This document shows positions 25,881 through 40,400 of a DNA stretch of 64,000 nt, in pieces. Position 1 is the stretch's first letter. Each line of letters begins with the position of its first letter. Under the pieces are notes generated by a model, which saw only the letters and a program-made list of their open reading frames with translations, was not told the origin of the DNA and did no database searches. Position numbers and translations under genes: made by a program. This DNA is from Antedon mediterranea (Eukaryota > Animalia > Echinodermata): contig NC_092674.1 of assembly GCF_964355755.1 (NCBI RefSeq), forward strand, positions 15,438,001 to 15,502,000, given 5' to 3'.

Positions 25881-28800
25881 TATCGCAAACTTTATATCTA
25901 CATTACTCTACAGGTGGTACTTGTCAAAGTAGGGCAAAACATCTGAACCTACAAGAAGAACCTACAACATCAAAACAACATTTCAGAATTAGTAATTTTA
26001 ACAAAAACACATTTTCTCGAGTAATACATATTATGGCTTTAGCATTTTTTAAATTGTCATCAAGTTTAGTCCATGTTCGTAACAGTTAAAAAATGTAAAC
26101 AAAAAGTTATTTTAATTAAGGTACCAAACGTTGTATCGTTGATTTGTTGATAAATAAATACGTTTTTAGTCGGTCGAATTCCTCGGTATATGTATCTAAC
26201 GGACTAATAAACCTTTTCAAACTCAAACATTAAATTATTTTTTTTATCTGGTTTATAAATCATTTTTCACATCTATTATTTTTACACACAGATAATAATG
26301 TGCATGAGCTATCGATATTATGTGACCCAAACTTTACCACTTTCTTATTGATCGCACCTCAGGCAACGCAAATCCAATCCTGGACGAGCTTCATTATCTA
26401 CAACCGTATTAACAATGGTCCTTGATTTAATTCAAATTCGACTCATTCTCAATCTTATCCATGTATTGCTATAGGCCTACGAAATACATACGAAGTAAAT
26501 TTTTTACATTAGATAATGAACAGTTTAGGATACCACAGCAATTAACACTGGCAAATATCAACATTTCTATTTTATGATGCTCATGAGTGCAAAGCCAGAG
26601 AAAGGAGTTTTTCGTCAAACTACGACCACGATACAATAGAATGCAATATAGAATTTGACTGTACAATATTTAACTACACGATGTCGTAGGAAATTTGCTT
26701 ACGGTACTTTACTTACCATTTATCTTTATTCATGGTTCATTGGATATTCAATATGTCGTGTTATTTGGTAATATGCAACTTCTCAATAGAATTTGAAATT
26801 TATTCTATTTTCGAACAATCTCATTATCTCTCGTTTTGTGCTTAATAAATATTTCAGGTAGATCTTTTTTAAGGAAAATCTTTTATAACATGTAAATATT
26901 ATATGGCCTATTTACATAATAATAAATAAAATAATATAAAATAAATAAATAAATAATAATGTGGTCTGTTTGATTCCAATAACGCCTTCCTTTAAAATGT
27001 CTAAAAGATATCCATGCTAACTCTACTCGTTCAAATGAAGTAGAAATACAACAATTCAATAATAGTAAATTGGAAAGTGATGAATTAAAATATTGATTAA
27101 AAACATAAATGGCATAGAAATGATAAAGACAAGATCAATGTTAATAATGAAAAAGTGTAACATGTATAAATAATATTAAGAGAAACATAGACTTCATGTC
27201 ATTTAAAAACAAACCAAATTAATATACTTTAAATTTATCCTAAATGTGCTAATATATTTTTTTACAATTGTTGTTTTTTCCATCAACAGCATCATTATCA
27301 TCATCGTATCATTAGGCACGATACGATGTTATTGTTCATAATAACAATTGCTTAATAAATGGGCATGTACAGAATTTTTTTAAACATTTAGAAGTCACAC
27401 GACAAACTACTTTTATTTATTGGCAATTGTAACACTGTATAAAAAAAGTCGTAGACCTTATTAGTAAGTTTATTAGGGCTTAACTTTCACCAGAGGAATA
27501 CTTATGAATTTTATCCAAATATGTGCACCACTCCCTCCATTAGAACATGAATGATTGACATCCAAAATCAGTCAATTTACTAATGAAATTACTTCCAGTC
27601 AATAATGTCGTAAATTAAATCTAATTAAATTACTAACAACAAATAAATCAATTGACTTCACCTTCAATGACATTAGTCTTTAAGAAAAATGAATATGGCG
27701 ATTTTGTAAGCCTGGTTAATCTTTTATCAAATTTATATATTATTTACAGTCATTTAATCACTTTGGAGAATCTTCAGACAGTGAATAAGTAATGTATAAA
27801 TGAAACGTTTTGTCCCAAAGCAAACATTATTATTATTATTACTCTTACTGTCATGCCAGGCATAACGTAAAATTATTTAAATGAATCTAAGTCAAACGCA
27901 ATGTAGACCTTATTAAGATGTCAGAGTTAACGCTGTTAAAAAACTAATTGAGTATTAGAAATATTGCATACCGTTAGGGGAGCATTATGTAAGTATTGTG
28001 GAGATTTATGCATGTATTCTGTTTTGTGCAATCATTAAACTTCGGAGTAAGTAGTTTATGCTAAAATAAATATATGTCAGTTTTCCACGACTGCACATCA
28101 TTATCGGAATGTGTAAGTATACTCATTTTGTTGTTGCTGTTTTAGTTCCTCTTTGGATATCGTTATAATGCGTTTATAAGCTAAAATGCACGAAATAGAC
28201 CCACCGAAATCTAAAATTGAAATCTAGAAATGAAGTTATAACATCAAGCAGCCATGCAGGGCTTTATCTTTATGAAAAACACACGTTTTTAAAAGTACTA
28301 TATAGATTTATAGATGTTCAATTTTCTATTAACATCCTTTTCAATGTTTTTTATTACTATATTTGTCCATCTGTATATGTATTGATAAATACATGACGTC
28401 ATAACTAAAAAGTGGCAAACATAACGGAGTTAACAATCTTGACAAACGGAATTTGAACCGAGTAGCCATCGAGAATCAATCTACAACTCCACAGAACTTC
28501 AAAAAATACTATGATAACAAATGGTCATTACGCTCTTCCTTTTTTTTTTTCTAAAAAGTCATTTCCCTCAGATGGCCAATTAATTTTAATCACATTTTTA
28601 TTTGAAATCCCTTTCGAAATTTCCCTCTATTACAAAGGTGTTCTTTGAACTAGAAGATTTACGGAAATGTGAGATGAACAGAAAGAAATGCAACATTTGA
28701 AATAAGAAACTCAGAATGATAGCATGGAATGACACATATTAAATGAGAACCGCAAGCGTAGTTAGTACATGCAATGTTGCACAATTGCATAGTGTATTCG

Positions 28801-28961
28801 ATTACAACCATTGGAAAAATATATTCATGATAAATATTCAAAATAAAATTGAACCCATATATAAAATAGCTGAAATTACCAAAACAGCTGTTTTATCGAT
28901 TCTTTCGATGTTACTTACTGCATACCTTTCTCTAATACATTCGATTTATTCGACGTTATAC

Positions 28962-29108
28962 AAATAGTGCACAAGTCAGAGTCCGTTAGTGGAGATGCGG
29001 CGCATTCAAGGGTATTTACAATGTTGCTGCATGTTGGTCTCGTAAATACCCGACAGTGCGCCGCATTTTCACTACCCTAACGTACGAATTTAGACTTGTG
29101 CATTATTT
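28962..29108. mobile_element. ~150-bp palindromic MITE-like element
   Basis: Nested inverted pairs aaatagtgcacaagtc/gacttgtgcattattt, atgcggcgca/tgcgccgcat and gggtatttac/gtaaataccc. Confidence 0.75.
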
Positions 29109-29790
29109 TTTAATTACTACTGCATACCTTTCTCGTATCGGTTTTATGCTTGTATCTGGTTATTGCTTATGCAGACAATCTCACACTAAAAATTACACCA
29201 TTTGAGCAATCAAATATATAAAAACAATAAGCAGTCAGGTGATAAAGATCTCTGACAGAGATCGTAACGTTCGAGTAAGTACTCCGTTTACTCCATAGCT
29301 CAATATGTCGGTCGTTTGGTTGGTCGGTCGGTCGGTAAACACTAACTCAAATTAGTGACTGGGCCAGCCATGTATATGGCCTTGTTATATTATGGCAAAC
29401 AAGAAAATGTATCTTTTATTGATAGGCAATGTTCAATTTAATGAAACAATCACATTTTATGAGTTATATGCAATTACGGTACTGTATACTAATATTATAT
29501 TGTGTGTTTCAAAACGATGAAGGAAATTCTGAGATCTGAGAGAGAAAAAAAGGCCGGCCTTATCCAAGATCTTGTTGATGTGATATTATTTACCTATCAA
29601 CTGAACTTTTTAAAAATTATTTACACTTAATTGTTTATCATTGGACAGAGATAGATAAATTATATCCCTAGCTTTAGAAACACTTCTTCATCAGAGTCAT
29701 GGATTAAGGAATAGAAGGATATACATCGAGGGTGACATCAAACGATTTTTCAACGCGCTCGCCTATACTCTGGTGCCAATCAAACAAATA

Positions 29791-30879
29791 GGGTGTCACG
29801 AAACTTAAGACCACCACGAAAGCTAAGACCCCATAAGACCTAAGATCACAAAAGCTAAGACCCATGAAGACCTAAGATTACAAATATTTATCTTTCGCAC
29901 CTGCCTTGTATTTTAACTCCCAACATTTATTCTGAATACCACACCTTAGAATTGGCACTTTTATGAAAAAGAATCACATAAAAAGTAACAAATACATTTT
30001 TAAATTGATGATTTTACAGACGTTTTTCTCGCACACAAACTGTTTGCGAATTTCGCATGACTAGCCTACAGTATAGTAGCAGTAGGCCTACCATGTTCAA
30101 TGTTTTTGTTTCTATGGAACGTCAAAAGAGCAAAAATTATATAGAGGGCTGAAAACTCTGTGGAGTCCATCTACAGTGTGGATGGAACCATGTAAAATTA
30201 AAATTGTAATGATAATAGTATACTCATGCAAGTACGAAGAAATAAATACTGGCAAATAAATTTTAATTTAAAAATCATGATTTGTTTCGTTTTCTTTCTG
30301 TTTTTATACTTGTACTATTATTGTTGCTCTTTTGGCGCTCCATAGAAACAAAAACATTGAGCATGGGGGGAGCTCGAGGAGTTACAGTATACAAAGAAAC
30401 ATGTCTGTAAAATCATCAATTAAAGGATTTATTTATTTGTTTTCATGTGTTTCTCCGTCTGAAAGTACTTATAAATCCTAATTTTAAAGTGTGGTATTCA
30501 GGATAAAGTTAGTCAACAAATTTGGAGTCAAAATACAAGAAAGGCAGGTGCGTAAGAAAAACATCCTCTGAACCAACACAATGGAGTAAATATATACCAA
30601 CAAACAACCCGTCAAGTTTGTTTGTTGTAAAGAAAAAAATATACATTTACTCAACGGGCGAAAATAATGTGAGTTTATCTATGTTTTGCGGTAGTATTTA
30701 ATTATATTTATGGTAATAAATGAAACGTACTGTGTTTAAAATTATGTATGGATAAACAAGTATTGTTTTTAAGCTGTAGTATATCTTAGAATTTGTAATC
30801 TTAGGTCTTGGATCTTAGCTTTCGTGATCTTAGGTCTTAGGGGGTCTTAGCTTTCGTGGTCTTAGGTTTCGTGACACCC
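29791..30879. mobile_element. Foldback/Mutator-like non-autonomous DNA transposon
   Basis: TIRs GGGTGTCACGAAAC with (CTAAGAC) subrepeats; 10-bp TSD CAAACAAATA at 29781 and 30880; inverted symmetry extends to the centre. Confidence 0.9.
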
Positions 30880-31697
30880 CAAACAAATACGCTATTTGAA
30901 CTCCGTGTTTCTAACCGCGGCACTATATAGGATGCTCCGAATCAACTGTTACATTTTTTAGAACAAAACGTAGCCATGTAGAATCAGTCTGATTTTTCTA
31001 TTGACATGTTTGCGTCGATGATTAATTGACAACAACAAGATATGGCTGAGAAATTTGTATTAATTTTATTACAATCAGACTACGAAAAGGTCACTTTCTT
31101 ACGACCGTAATTTTAAATAGTTGATAATATTAATAAATTATGAAATTTCTATGCAGTATCATATTGTCCTGCAACCTCCTGAAATTAAATATTGCGTTAA
31201 TCTATAGAATATTAAATTTTGCCTTTGACCATGTAGGCCTATGCTGTTACCGTCTGCTGTGGTTTACAGTATAACAAACGTGTTTTTAAATTATGGCTAA
31301 GCATTGGTTTCTTCATGAATCTCCTTAATTATCGAAGTGATTATATTTATGTTGTAGTGCCTGGTGATTAGCTAGTGGTTATGTCATCCATATCACAGCC
31401 AATCATATTGTTATTATTATTATTATTATATTATTGTTATAATAATATTTTGTAATTTTACATGTAGGCTGAGACAACCCTCAGATGTAGGGCTACAGGT
31501 CATAAAATGCTACCGTACTTTTAGCCGATTTTCAACTAGGCGAATTTGTTCGCGCGAATCGAAAGCGTCATGCTATGCGCATGCGTATTCGAGTTTCTGT
31601 CTGTCATACTCCCTTCTTCGAAGAATTCTAGTTCCTTTGATTTTTTTCTACCATGTTCGCACCATCTTCTCGCCACCGTGTTTAATAACACACGCTC

Positions 31698-33206
31698 ATG
31701 CCAGAAGTTAACATCACAGAAGAAGGAGTCTGCAAATTGCTGAAAGAGCTGCATCCAGCAAAAGCCTCGGGACCTGACAACATAAGCCCAAGAGTGCTCC
31801 GAGAACTTGCAACAGATATATCCCCGATATTCTGTGGCTTGTTCAAGAAATCTCTAAATACTGGGATTGTGCCTAGTGACTGGAAGAATGCAAATATTGT
31901 CCCCATCTTCAAGAAAGGCCAGCCTAGTGACAAAAGAAATTACCGACTGACAAGTATCGCATCTAAAGTCATGGAGCACATTATCACTAGTAGTCTGATG
32001 AACCATGCAGAATTAAACACTATTGTACATTCTAAGCAGCATGGATTTCGAGCAAGGCGGAGCTGTGAGACACAGTTGATAGAATTTGTACATGATATCA
32101 CAGCAAATATGATGAACGGTCTGCAAACTGATGTTTGTATACTTGACTTTGCCAAAGCGTTTGACAAGGTTGGACACCAGCGACTGCTGTCAAAATTGGA
32201 ATGGTATGGGATCAAGGGAAAAGTGCATAAGTGGATAAAGAGTTTCCTCTATGACCGGCAACAACAAGTCGTCATTAATGGTATCATATCAAGCAGTGTG
32301 CCCGTATTATCTGGTGTCCCCCAGGGGTCAGTTATTGGTCCCTGCTTGTTCCTTTTTTATATCAATGACATAAGCTGTGGTCTCAACTCTACCATCCGGT
32401 TATTTGCTGATGACACCATGATATATACCACCATTACAAGTAATACTGATAGCGGTCTCCTGCAGTCTGATCTCCACAAACTTGAAGAATGGGGTAGGAC
32501 ATGGCAAATGCAGTTCCACCCAGAAAAGGGTGAGCTTCTCACAATAACAAGAAAGAAGAAGAAGAAAGTAAAGCAGAAATACACCCTATGTGGAAGCGAA
32601 ATAAAGAGTGTTGATGTTGCTAAATACCTTGGCGTCAACATCTCCCAAGATATGAAGTGGAACTCCCATGTGGATGCCATAACTTCCAAGGCAGATAATG
32701 CACTCAACTTTTTGCGAAGAAACTTGTGTGTCAGGAACAAACGGATAAAAGGCCTTGCATATAAATGTTGTGTACGCCCTCTATTAGAGTATTCTAACAC
32801 CGTCTGGGACCCATATAATTCCAATTTAATTGGTAAACTTGAAATGGTACAGAGAAGAGCGGCTAGATTTGCCTGCAACAACTATAAGCGCACGTCAAGT
32901 GTAACCGAAATGATGAAGGTCCTTGGTTGGGAAACCTTGGAAGAGAGGAGGAGGATAGCTCGACTGTTAATGTTCCAGAAGATACACTACTGCAATGTAG
33001 CAGCCGATATGAAACTGGTCATGAAAAACACCTGTAGACCCAGTCGGAGAGAGAACAGTCAATCATACCATATTCCTCACTCAACAGTTGATTACTTTAG
33101 GTATTCATTCTTTCCACGCACTGCCATCGACTGGAATCATCTACCAGACAAGGTTGTAAATTGTACTTCTATTCTGGAATTCAAAACCCATATTGTCCAA
33201 ACTTAA
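31698..33206 (+). mobile_element. 5'-truncated non-LTR retrotransposon (CR1/L2/jockey group) with an open 502-aa RT frame
   Basis: KASGPDNI, QHGFR..RSCETQL, LDFAKAFDKV, GVPQGSVIGP, LFADD, KYLGV, SFFPRT..WN.LP. A small in-frame deletion is present (NYR-LTS lacks PIS). Confidence 0.93.
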
Positions 33207-33844
33207 TTAAATAGGATACCCCTTGTCACAACTTACTCTCTGGGGGTCTCTGTCTTGGTGACAGCTCGCTGGGCAACTGGATGGCTGAGGCGGGGTAAAT
33301 GGGTATCCAGCTACTTTATTCTGCCTCTTAGGTAGCGGCCCAGGAAAGTGATAGCGGTTGGCACGGACGGTAGACTTTCATAGTGTTTAATGTTGGGTAC
33401 AGTTTACTATATTTTACTCTTTCAGGTGTCTGAATACAATACAATTATATAATAGATAGGATAGATCAAATAATTATATATATTCATACTAATATGTATA
33501 TATATTTATATAAGTAAAACTTAAAAAAAGAAATAAGGGAAAGGGAAGAAAAGAAGAAGAAAAGAGAGAAAGAAAAGTGAAAGAAGAAGTAAGGAAAAAA
33601 AAAAAATAAATAACAAAAAAAAATAAATAATAATAATAATAATAATAATGATAATTGATAATAATAATTATAAATAAATAAGGGAGTCAGTTTCTCTCTG
33701 TAAAAGAATAACTAAATAGAATAATAATACACAACCAAATACAGTAGAGCTAGCAAAACAGAGTTGGAGGAGCAGAGTCTTCACATATGAAGTTGGCTCC
33801 TAATACGAAGAAGAAGAAGAAGAAGAATAATAAAGTTATCTTGG

Positions 33845-34135
33845 ATGGACATGCACTTCCGACTGTCTGGTCTATTCCCGAAGTTTGTTCAATCTATAAG
33901 AAGAGGAACACGGACGATCCGTCAAACGTTAGACCCATTACTCTTACCTCTATGATTGCCAAACTTTTGCACAAAATCTTGACAGTCAGACTAGAAACAT
34001 ATCTTCGACGATACACTACAGAAGGGTTTCTTATCAAAGTCTAATGGGAATATTTATGCATGAACGCTATTCTGATACTGAGAAACATAAATCAAAGGAT
34101 CTTCTCGATCTATAAAATGCCTTCGGGAGTGTTCC
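33845..34135 (+). mobile_element. R2/Hero/NeSL-like RT fragment
   Basis: IYKK..TDDPSNVRPITLTS..AKLLHKIL..RL, then QKGF and LDL*NAFGSVP in shifted frames. Confidence 0.7.
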
Positions 34136-35039
34136 TTTGATTTGTTTTGCCCCTATTCCAGACTAAGAAAATATTTAGTAGTGCTACGTTCGACCTCTTC
34201 GATCCATTTACTTTTGAACGTATATATTCACCTTTTATTTGGTTTCATTGTCATAAATGTTTTCTAATTTTTTTCTACAATTTCTGCCTCAATGCTTTCA
34301 TTGCTGAATATTGCATCTTTTAATTGTTTAATTTGTTTGTGTAATATTTCCTTTTCTTGTTTTTTTTTAAAATTTTAATTAATTTTTTTGCCATAACAAC
34401 AAATTCAAACGTCTTTAATTTTGACACTTATTAATTCACATAATCTTTTCGTTATTTTGTGTTTTAAAAATAACGTTATAATGATGTTTTGGTAATTCGT
34501 TATTATACAATAAATTATTATTATAAAAGCGTTGGTGGCGTTCGAGTACATATGAAATCAACGCTTAAATTTAACATTTTATTATATCTATTTTATTATA
34601 TTATATATATTATATATATTTTATGATATTATATATATTTTATATATCTAAATGACGATTTTGAGATAGAAATCAATACAGATCAAACGTCATAATTTAC
34701 TGTAAGTACTACATAACATCAAACAAAGGATTTACGGTAAAAGTTTATAACTTTAGATTTTGAAGATTGAATTGTGCTAGCCTGAAGAAAACCTAATCGC
34801 TAATAGGTCATCGAGCTGTGTATAGGAGAAATTCAGCTTTGTTTACCCTTGTTACCAACTCAAGGGGCTAGACTACACACCTCTACACTTCAGTGACCCA
34901 ATTCAACAAAGTCAATTCAGAAACCTTGTTTCTATGGCGACAACCGAACAGGCAAACCAACAACTGTATGTTAAACCAGTGTTCATCCAAGATAATGACA
35001 TCATTAAAAGAAAAGAAGAATTTATAAACGAAGAAGTAA

Positions 35040-35708
35040 TTTATTTTGCACTTAATGAAGTCATCAACTGCGACCATCTAATTGGTGCGCAAAGGTAAAA
35101 AACCTATGGAGAATCTACATCGATGAACACAATGAACGTGCGAAAGCTATAACCACAGGCTTACAGATTAAAGGAAAACTTGTTCAAGTAACATGATCTG
35201 AACCCGTTTGAATACCGAGTCCGGAACTTGAGTCTGTGAAAGACATTCCTCTATCGGTTAGAAATGAAGAAATAACAGCATCTTTAAAAAACTAGGTTGC
35301 AAAATGTTAGGAGACATACAGTTAATCAAATTCAGAATAAACGGGAAACTATCACGGTTTTTGAATGGAGACCGGGCTGTTCTAGTCGAGCCTCTTCAAG
35401 AAATTTTGCCTATAAGATACATTAAAATAAACACCTTTAACGCCAGAGTCTTTCACAAAGATCAGAAACAAGAAATAAAATGTTTTGAATGTGGACTAAC
35501 CGGGCATAAGATAAATGAATGCCCAACAAAGCAAGGTAACACAAAATACTACTTATGCAAACAGATGGGCCACATTGCCAAAAACCGTGACAAGCTTGAT
35601 CACAAATCAAGTGATAATCCGTCAGTAACTGAGCGATGTGATATTACCACATCTGAAAGAAAAATCTTGATCAAACTAGACATGAAACTCGTCACTTTGA
35701 CGAGTTAG
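35040..35708 (+). mobile_element. Decayed Tx1/L1-type ORF1 with CCHC zinc knuckles
   Basis: LWRIY, VKDIPLSV, FLNGDR, CFECGLTGHKINEC and a second degenerate knuckle (YLCKQMGHIAKNR); stops and frameshifts upstream. Confidence 0.78.
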
Positions 35709-35929
35709 TTATCCGCACCACGACAAACGCCACGTGCACGTCATACGTTGGAATATTGCACACGGCTAAAGATTATGGCATTATGACAAGAACTGAAGAA
35801 TATGATATGCTGTTAGTGCTGAATTCTGTCAATTTTGTGTCATATAGTATATACATGCAAACACTACAGTATAATCTGTATACATATTACATACAGTGTA
35901 GAATAGGTGAAATTACGGGACCCGACATT

Positions 35930-37010
35930 TATTCCAATTTTTAACATGGCGACGGTATCAAAATGAAACACTTAGATAGCAATTTCAAAAGGAAATTATC
36001 TTAGGAACAACATAAACAACAACATAAAATATAGATGCGCACCCTTTTAAATGTGATGAACTATTACGCAAAATATGAAAATACAACTTTTTTTATTCAA
36101 CTGGCCATATGATGACGTTACAACATCCGATTGGCAAAATGTTTACATGAATTCGTATCTACAATCCAAATAGCTTCCAGAAAACGTTTTAATCGTGATT
36201 ATCACATTTTATTCTTACGAGCTATTACAAAATAAAATTTACTGTAAAGATGAAATTAATGACCCACGTAATTGAAATTTTTAGGCATGATGACGTCATA
36301 AAATTAAAATATTTTTATCTCATGCTAAAGAAAGTTGATTGAACTACACAATATATAAATGTAGGAGAAAAAGAAATACAGATAAGCGTGATGCGCTCCA
36401 TTGAATGTGATGAGCAATAACGAAAGAGACAAAAATCCTATATTTTACATTCGTGTGGCCATACGATGACGTCACAATGTTTTTTTTTAGCCTTATCGAT
36501 GCATGATCCGTTATCTACAACTCATCAACTTCTAGATTTTGTAATAAAAATAAACGGTTCACGGTTTACTTTAGAAACTATGACTGTTTAAAAAAAGACA
36601 AAATGTTGACGATTTTTTAAGCTTTTTCATAAAAAACGCGCATGAAATGTTTAATTCAACGTGTTCGTATGGCGTTATTTAAATTGGAAAAGGTCTAAAT
36701 TGTTTTCAAAATTACTAGGAAAGGCTTGAAAAATATAATTCAAGAGAAAAAAATATGTTTTTAACGCGCACCGCGTGCGTAAAAAATTGCGCGCCCGTGG
36801 GAATTTTTGACATGCTCAAAATGACAAGAAACGCATAAAAAGTTGAAATTAATTTTGCGCATTTTGAAATTTTAAATGCGCGTGCGCGCGTAACTTCTTG
36901 TGAAACATGCCATTTTTAATCCGTAGAAAGTTTGCCCCTGATATGACTTAAATTTTGTCAAAGTGTCAATGAGCTGCATGCATCTATTGATTCACACAAT
37001 ATGAAAAACG
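35930..37010. mobile_element. Interspersed repeat with internal ~355-bp duplication, related to 3480-3960
   Basis: gatgcgc..aatgtgatga..ggccata.gatgacgt.acaa occurs at ~36035 and ~36390. Confidence 0.55.
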
Positions 37011-37457
37011 TCATCGATGTTCTTTAAGATCTGCTTAGTAAACCAGTTAATCCGAAAAATGCTGTAGATTCTATGGAATTAAACGACAAAGTTCAAATGA
37101 TAATGGAAGAAGCAATTGAAAGGATGAAAGTGTCAGCCAAGAGAATACACAAGAAACCAAAGAATTCAAGATCTCTACAACCGAGAAAAAGAAACAGAAA
37201 CAACGAGAAAAGAAAAAAGACACTGAAAACAATAACACTGACAATATCACTTAGATAAACTAAATAGAGTATTGTCAAAAGTAAATGTTTTTTTTTTGTT
37301 TTTGTTTTTTTTTAAATCAAAAATGTAAAAAAAAATACATATTATATAAAGATAGAAAATCCAAAAAATAATTCTCTACATTTAATATCTTTATTTTTTT
37401 TTTGTTTTTTATGGGCTTGTCCCACTTTTATTTCAGTTTTCAGTACAAATTATTTAA

Positions 37458-40400
37458 AGATGTATTGTCCACCTGAACAAATAATTTTTAAAAATATTTT
37501 TGTTGAATAGGCCATTTTAATGATACATAAAAGTTATTCACTTTGAAATAAAATTTGATCGAAAAAAAAATTTATTTACCTGAGAAAATCGTAATTTAAA
37601 GTAAAAAATAGTCAACCGGAAGTCGGTTGGCTGGCAGCCAGCTGGCTTCCGGTTTAATTTAATCCTTGACCTGAATTAGCTTATGAATTATGCATTTTGT
37701 ATGATTCTTGTGCGTGTATGTGACCTCTAGGTCATCACACAAAAATTACGACGTGATATGGCGAGACGACGATGTGGGAAACTTCTGTAGTTTAACAACA
37801 AAAAAACAACTCCTATCTTGAAGAATAGACTATGGCTAGGCCCTAGCAGATTGGTAAGTAAGAACTGTAGTTTCTATGGTGCAGCTTTGTTAGTTAGTAT
37901 AGGAAGCCTAGCTAGCCCGTTACAGCTGTACTGGCTAGTGTACTATCCCCTAGTATTGGCTAGGCCTAGTAGTAGCTAGTCTAGTAGTACTAGGCTAGGC
38001 CTAGTTGTAGGCCTGAGTGAGGGTTCACCCTGAGTGAGTAGTAGGCCTAGATAAATACTAATAGATACAACTTGTAAGCCTTATTAATAGTTATTGCCAA
38101 CCTAGCTTTAAATAGGATTAGGCCTATAACATTCATCTGTGAGCATGGAGTGAAGAATAAGTAAAGAATAATAGTGTGAATTTTGACACCACCAACCAAC
38201 TCGTCTTATTTTTAGTATAACACTATAATAATAGTCTTTTATCATTATTCATATCACTTTTCATTCATTTGAAAACAATTAATGTTCTTTTCTATGTAGA
38301 GTTTGTGATTAAAAAAAATTTTACATAAGAGCAGCGAAACTCAAAAAGCGAAAACTTGTGAATGGCTGCCAAAAATAAAAAATAAGGTCACCACCAGGAG
38401 AGATTATGGATGGTCTTGGTTTTTCCTTCTCAATTAATTAGATTTTAATGCTAATATAAATTTGTGAAAATTGTAACTAGGCCTATACTGTACATCCAAT
38501 AATGTAATTATTATTTTTGAGAAATGACCAAATGATCCATTTTCATTCAAAGTTCCGTGAGGCATCATCATTTCCTTTGGTCCATATCGGAGATACTAGT
38601 GTCTCTACCTCCAGCTCAGCCAGAAATCTAGGCGTCCAACTAGACAACAGCCTCGGTTTAAAAGAACACATTCGTAATGTTTGCCGTGGTGCTTCCTTTG
38701 GAATTTACCAGATCGGCCAGATTCGTAAGTACCTTGACAAAACATCAACTGAACGTCTTGTTCATGCTTTTGTTTCATCTCGTCTGGACTGTAATAACTC
38801 GCTTCTGTACGGCCTACCAACTTCTTATCTGTCTCCTCTTCAACGAATCCAAAATTCCGCCGCAAGACTTATCACTGGCACTAAACGACATGAACATATT
38901 TCTCCCGTTTTACGTGACTTACACTGGTTGCCTGTTGATCAGCGCATTCGTTTTAAAATCCTGTTGCTGACATATAAGGCCATCAACGGATGTGCTCCAG
39001 CCTACATATGTGACATCATTACTCCGTCAACCAACTCTTCGCTTCGTTCATCCAGCAGACTTCTTCTAAAACCTGGACCCCGTTCCAGAACTCGGTTTTA
39101 CGGTGATCGTGCTTTCGCTGTCGCAGCCCCAAAACTCTGGAACACTCTACCACTCGAAATACGCTCATCAAAATCTGTTTTCACATTTAAAACTAAACTC
39201 AAAACTCATCTCTTCAGAGAAGCATAATCGCACGCTACTACTTGCACTGATCTTGGAAAACACAGCGCTTTGAAACCTTTGTCTCTTGCGCTTTATAAAT
39301 GTTATTTATTATTATTATTATTATAATCTAAGTTAAATATTTTTTGGTGTGTACTTTACAGTACTTAGTACCGTTATGTTGAAAATTCTTCCAAAGCAAA
39401 AACGTTCAAACCAACATTCACACAATTAAACTTTTTATGTACATATTTTAATAAAAAATGTCTTTCTTTTAATAGGTATTAACACACTTGAATGAACAAT
39501 ATGAGCAATTAGTGGAAAATGGTGAAGAAATCAACACAAAATGTGGTAGCAACATTCACAATTTTATTTGAACGTTTCTTACTATGCCACTTAAAATGGA
39601 TGAACAATCACAGAAGACAAGCTATTGCTGTAATGCCACAATCAACACATCAATTAATAGTTGAAATAAATTGTCAACAATAATGCAGAAATTCAATGAA
39701 ATATACTAGTAATTAACTCATTTTTTACTGTACTGTACTGTAAATCTTCACACATTAAAATTATGGAGATTTTATCTTATGTACTGTAGTAGTATTTTTT
39801 ATTTATTAAATGCTGTTGCTATGTTTGCAAAATAATTTATACAAATGTTATTGCTCTAATTATGAAAAATATACAACATTTTAAAAGCTGGAAAACAACC
39901 AACACATTTGCCTAATGCTTTATGATAGTCATCCGATATTTATCTTTTGTTCCACTACCGAGTCTACTGCCAGTTGCCTTTATGCAGTATGGATGTAACC
40001 TCTGTTCCAGTCTTCATTAGCTTAAGTCTATAAATTGAAAAACAATGATGTATAAATACAAAAGTCAAATAGAAAAGTTAAATATTTCACAATTTATTGC
40101 ATACATATAATTATTATTTTTGTACATGAATCTGAAGTTTTCAATTTGGGGTACTAATGTACAGTAAGGAATTCCTGAAAAGTGCATCTCCTCCCTCAAA
40201 AAGGCCTAGTCTAATTACTAGTGTTTTCGTTTTGGTTGCTATCAACAACAATCTATTCTACCGTCAACTTCTTTGGTACTGTAGGCCTATGCTGATCATT
40301 TTCCAAATGTTCGTTTTTTGTCATCAGTTAGTCTTTTTTTAGACTTTAAAATTAATTCTAGCTCCAAATGTATATCAATGGTACATCAACATAGTAGGCC

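Noticed and set aside
32357-32881. 174-aa antisense ORF and similar shadow ORFs over BOK and LINE fragments
   Set aside because: They lie opposite recognisable coding frames and have no motifs of their own.
31698-33206. Domesticated RT gene
   Set aside because: It is 5'-truncated, lacks the endonuclease and has a deletion in the conserved NYRPISLT motif; the open frame is explained by a relatively recent insertion.
37073-37278. Lys/Arg-rich ORF and its hydrophobic antisense ORF
   Set aside because: Short, A-rich low-complexity sequence, probably a retroelement remnant; no recognisable domain.
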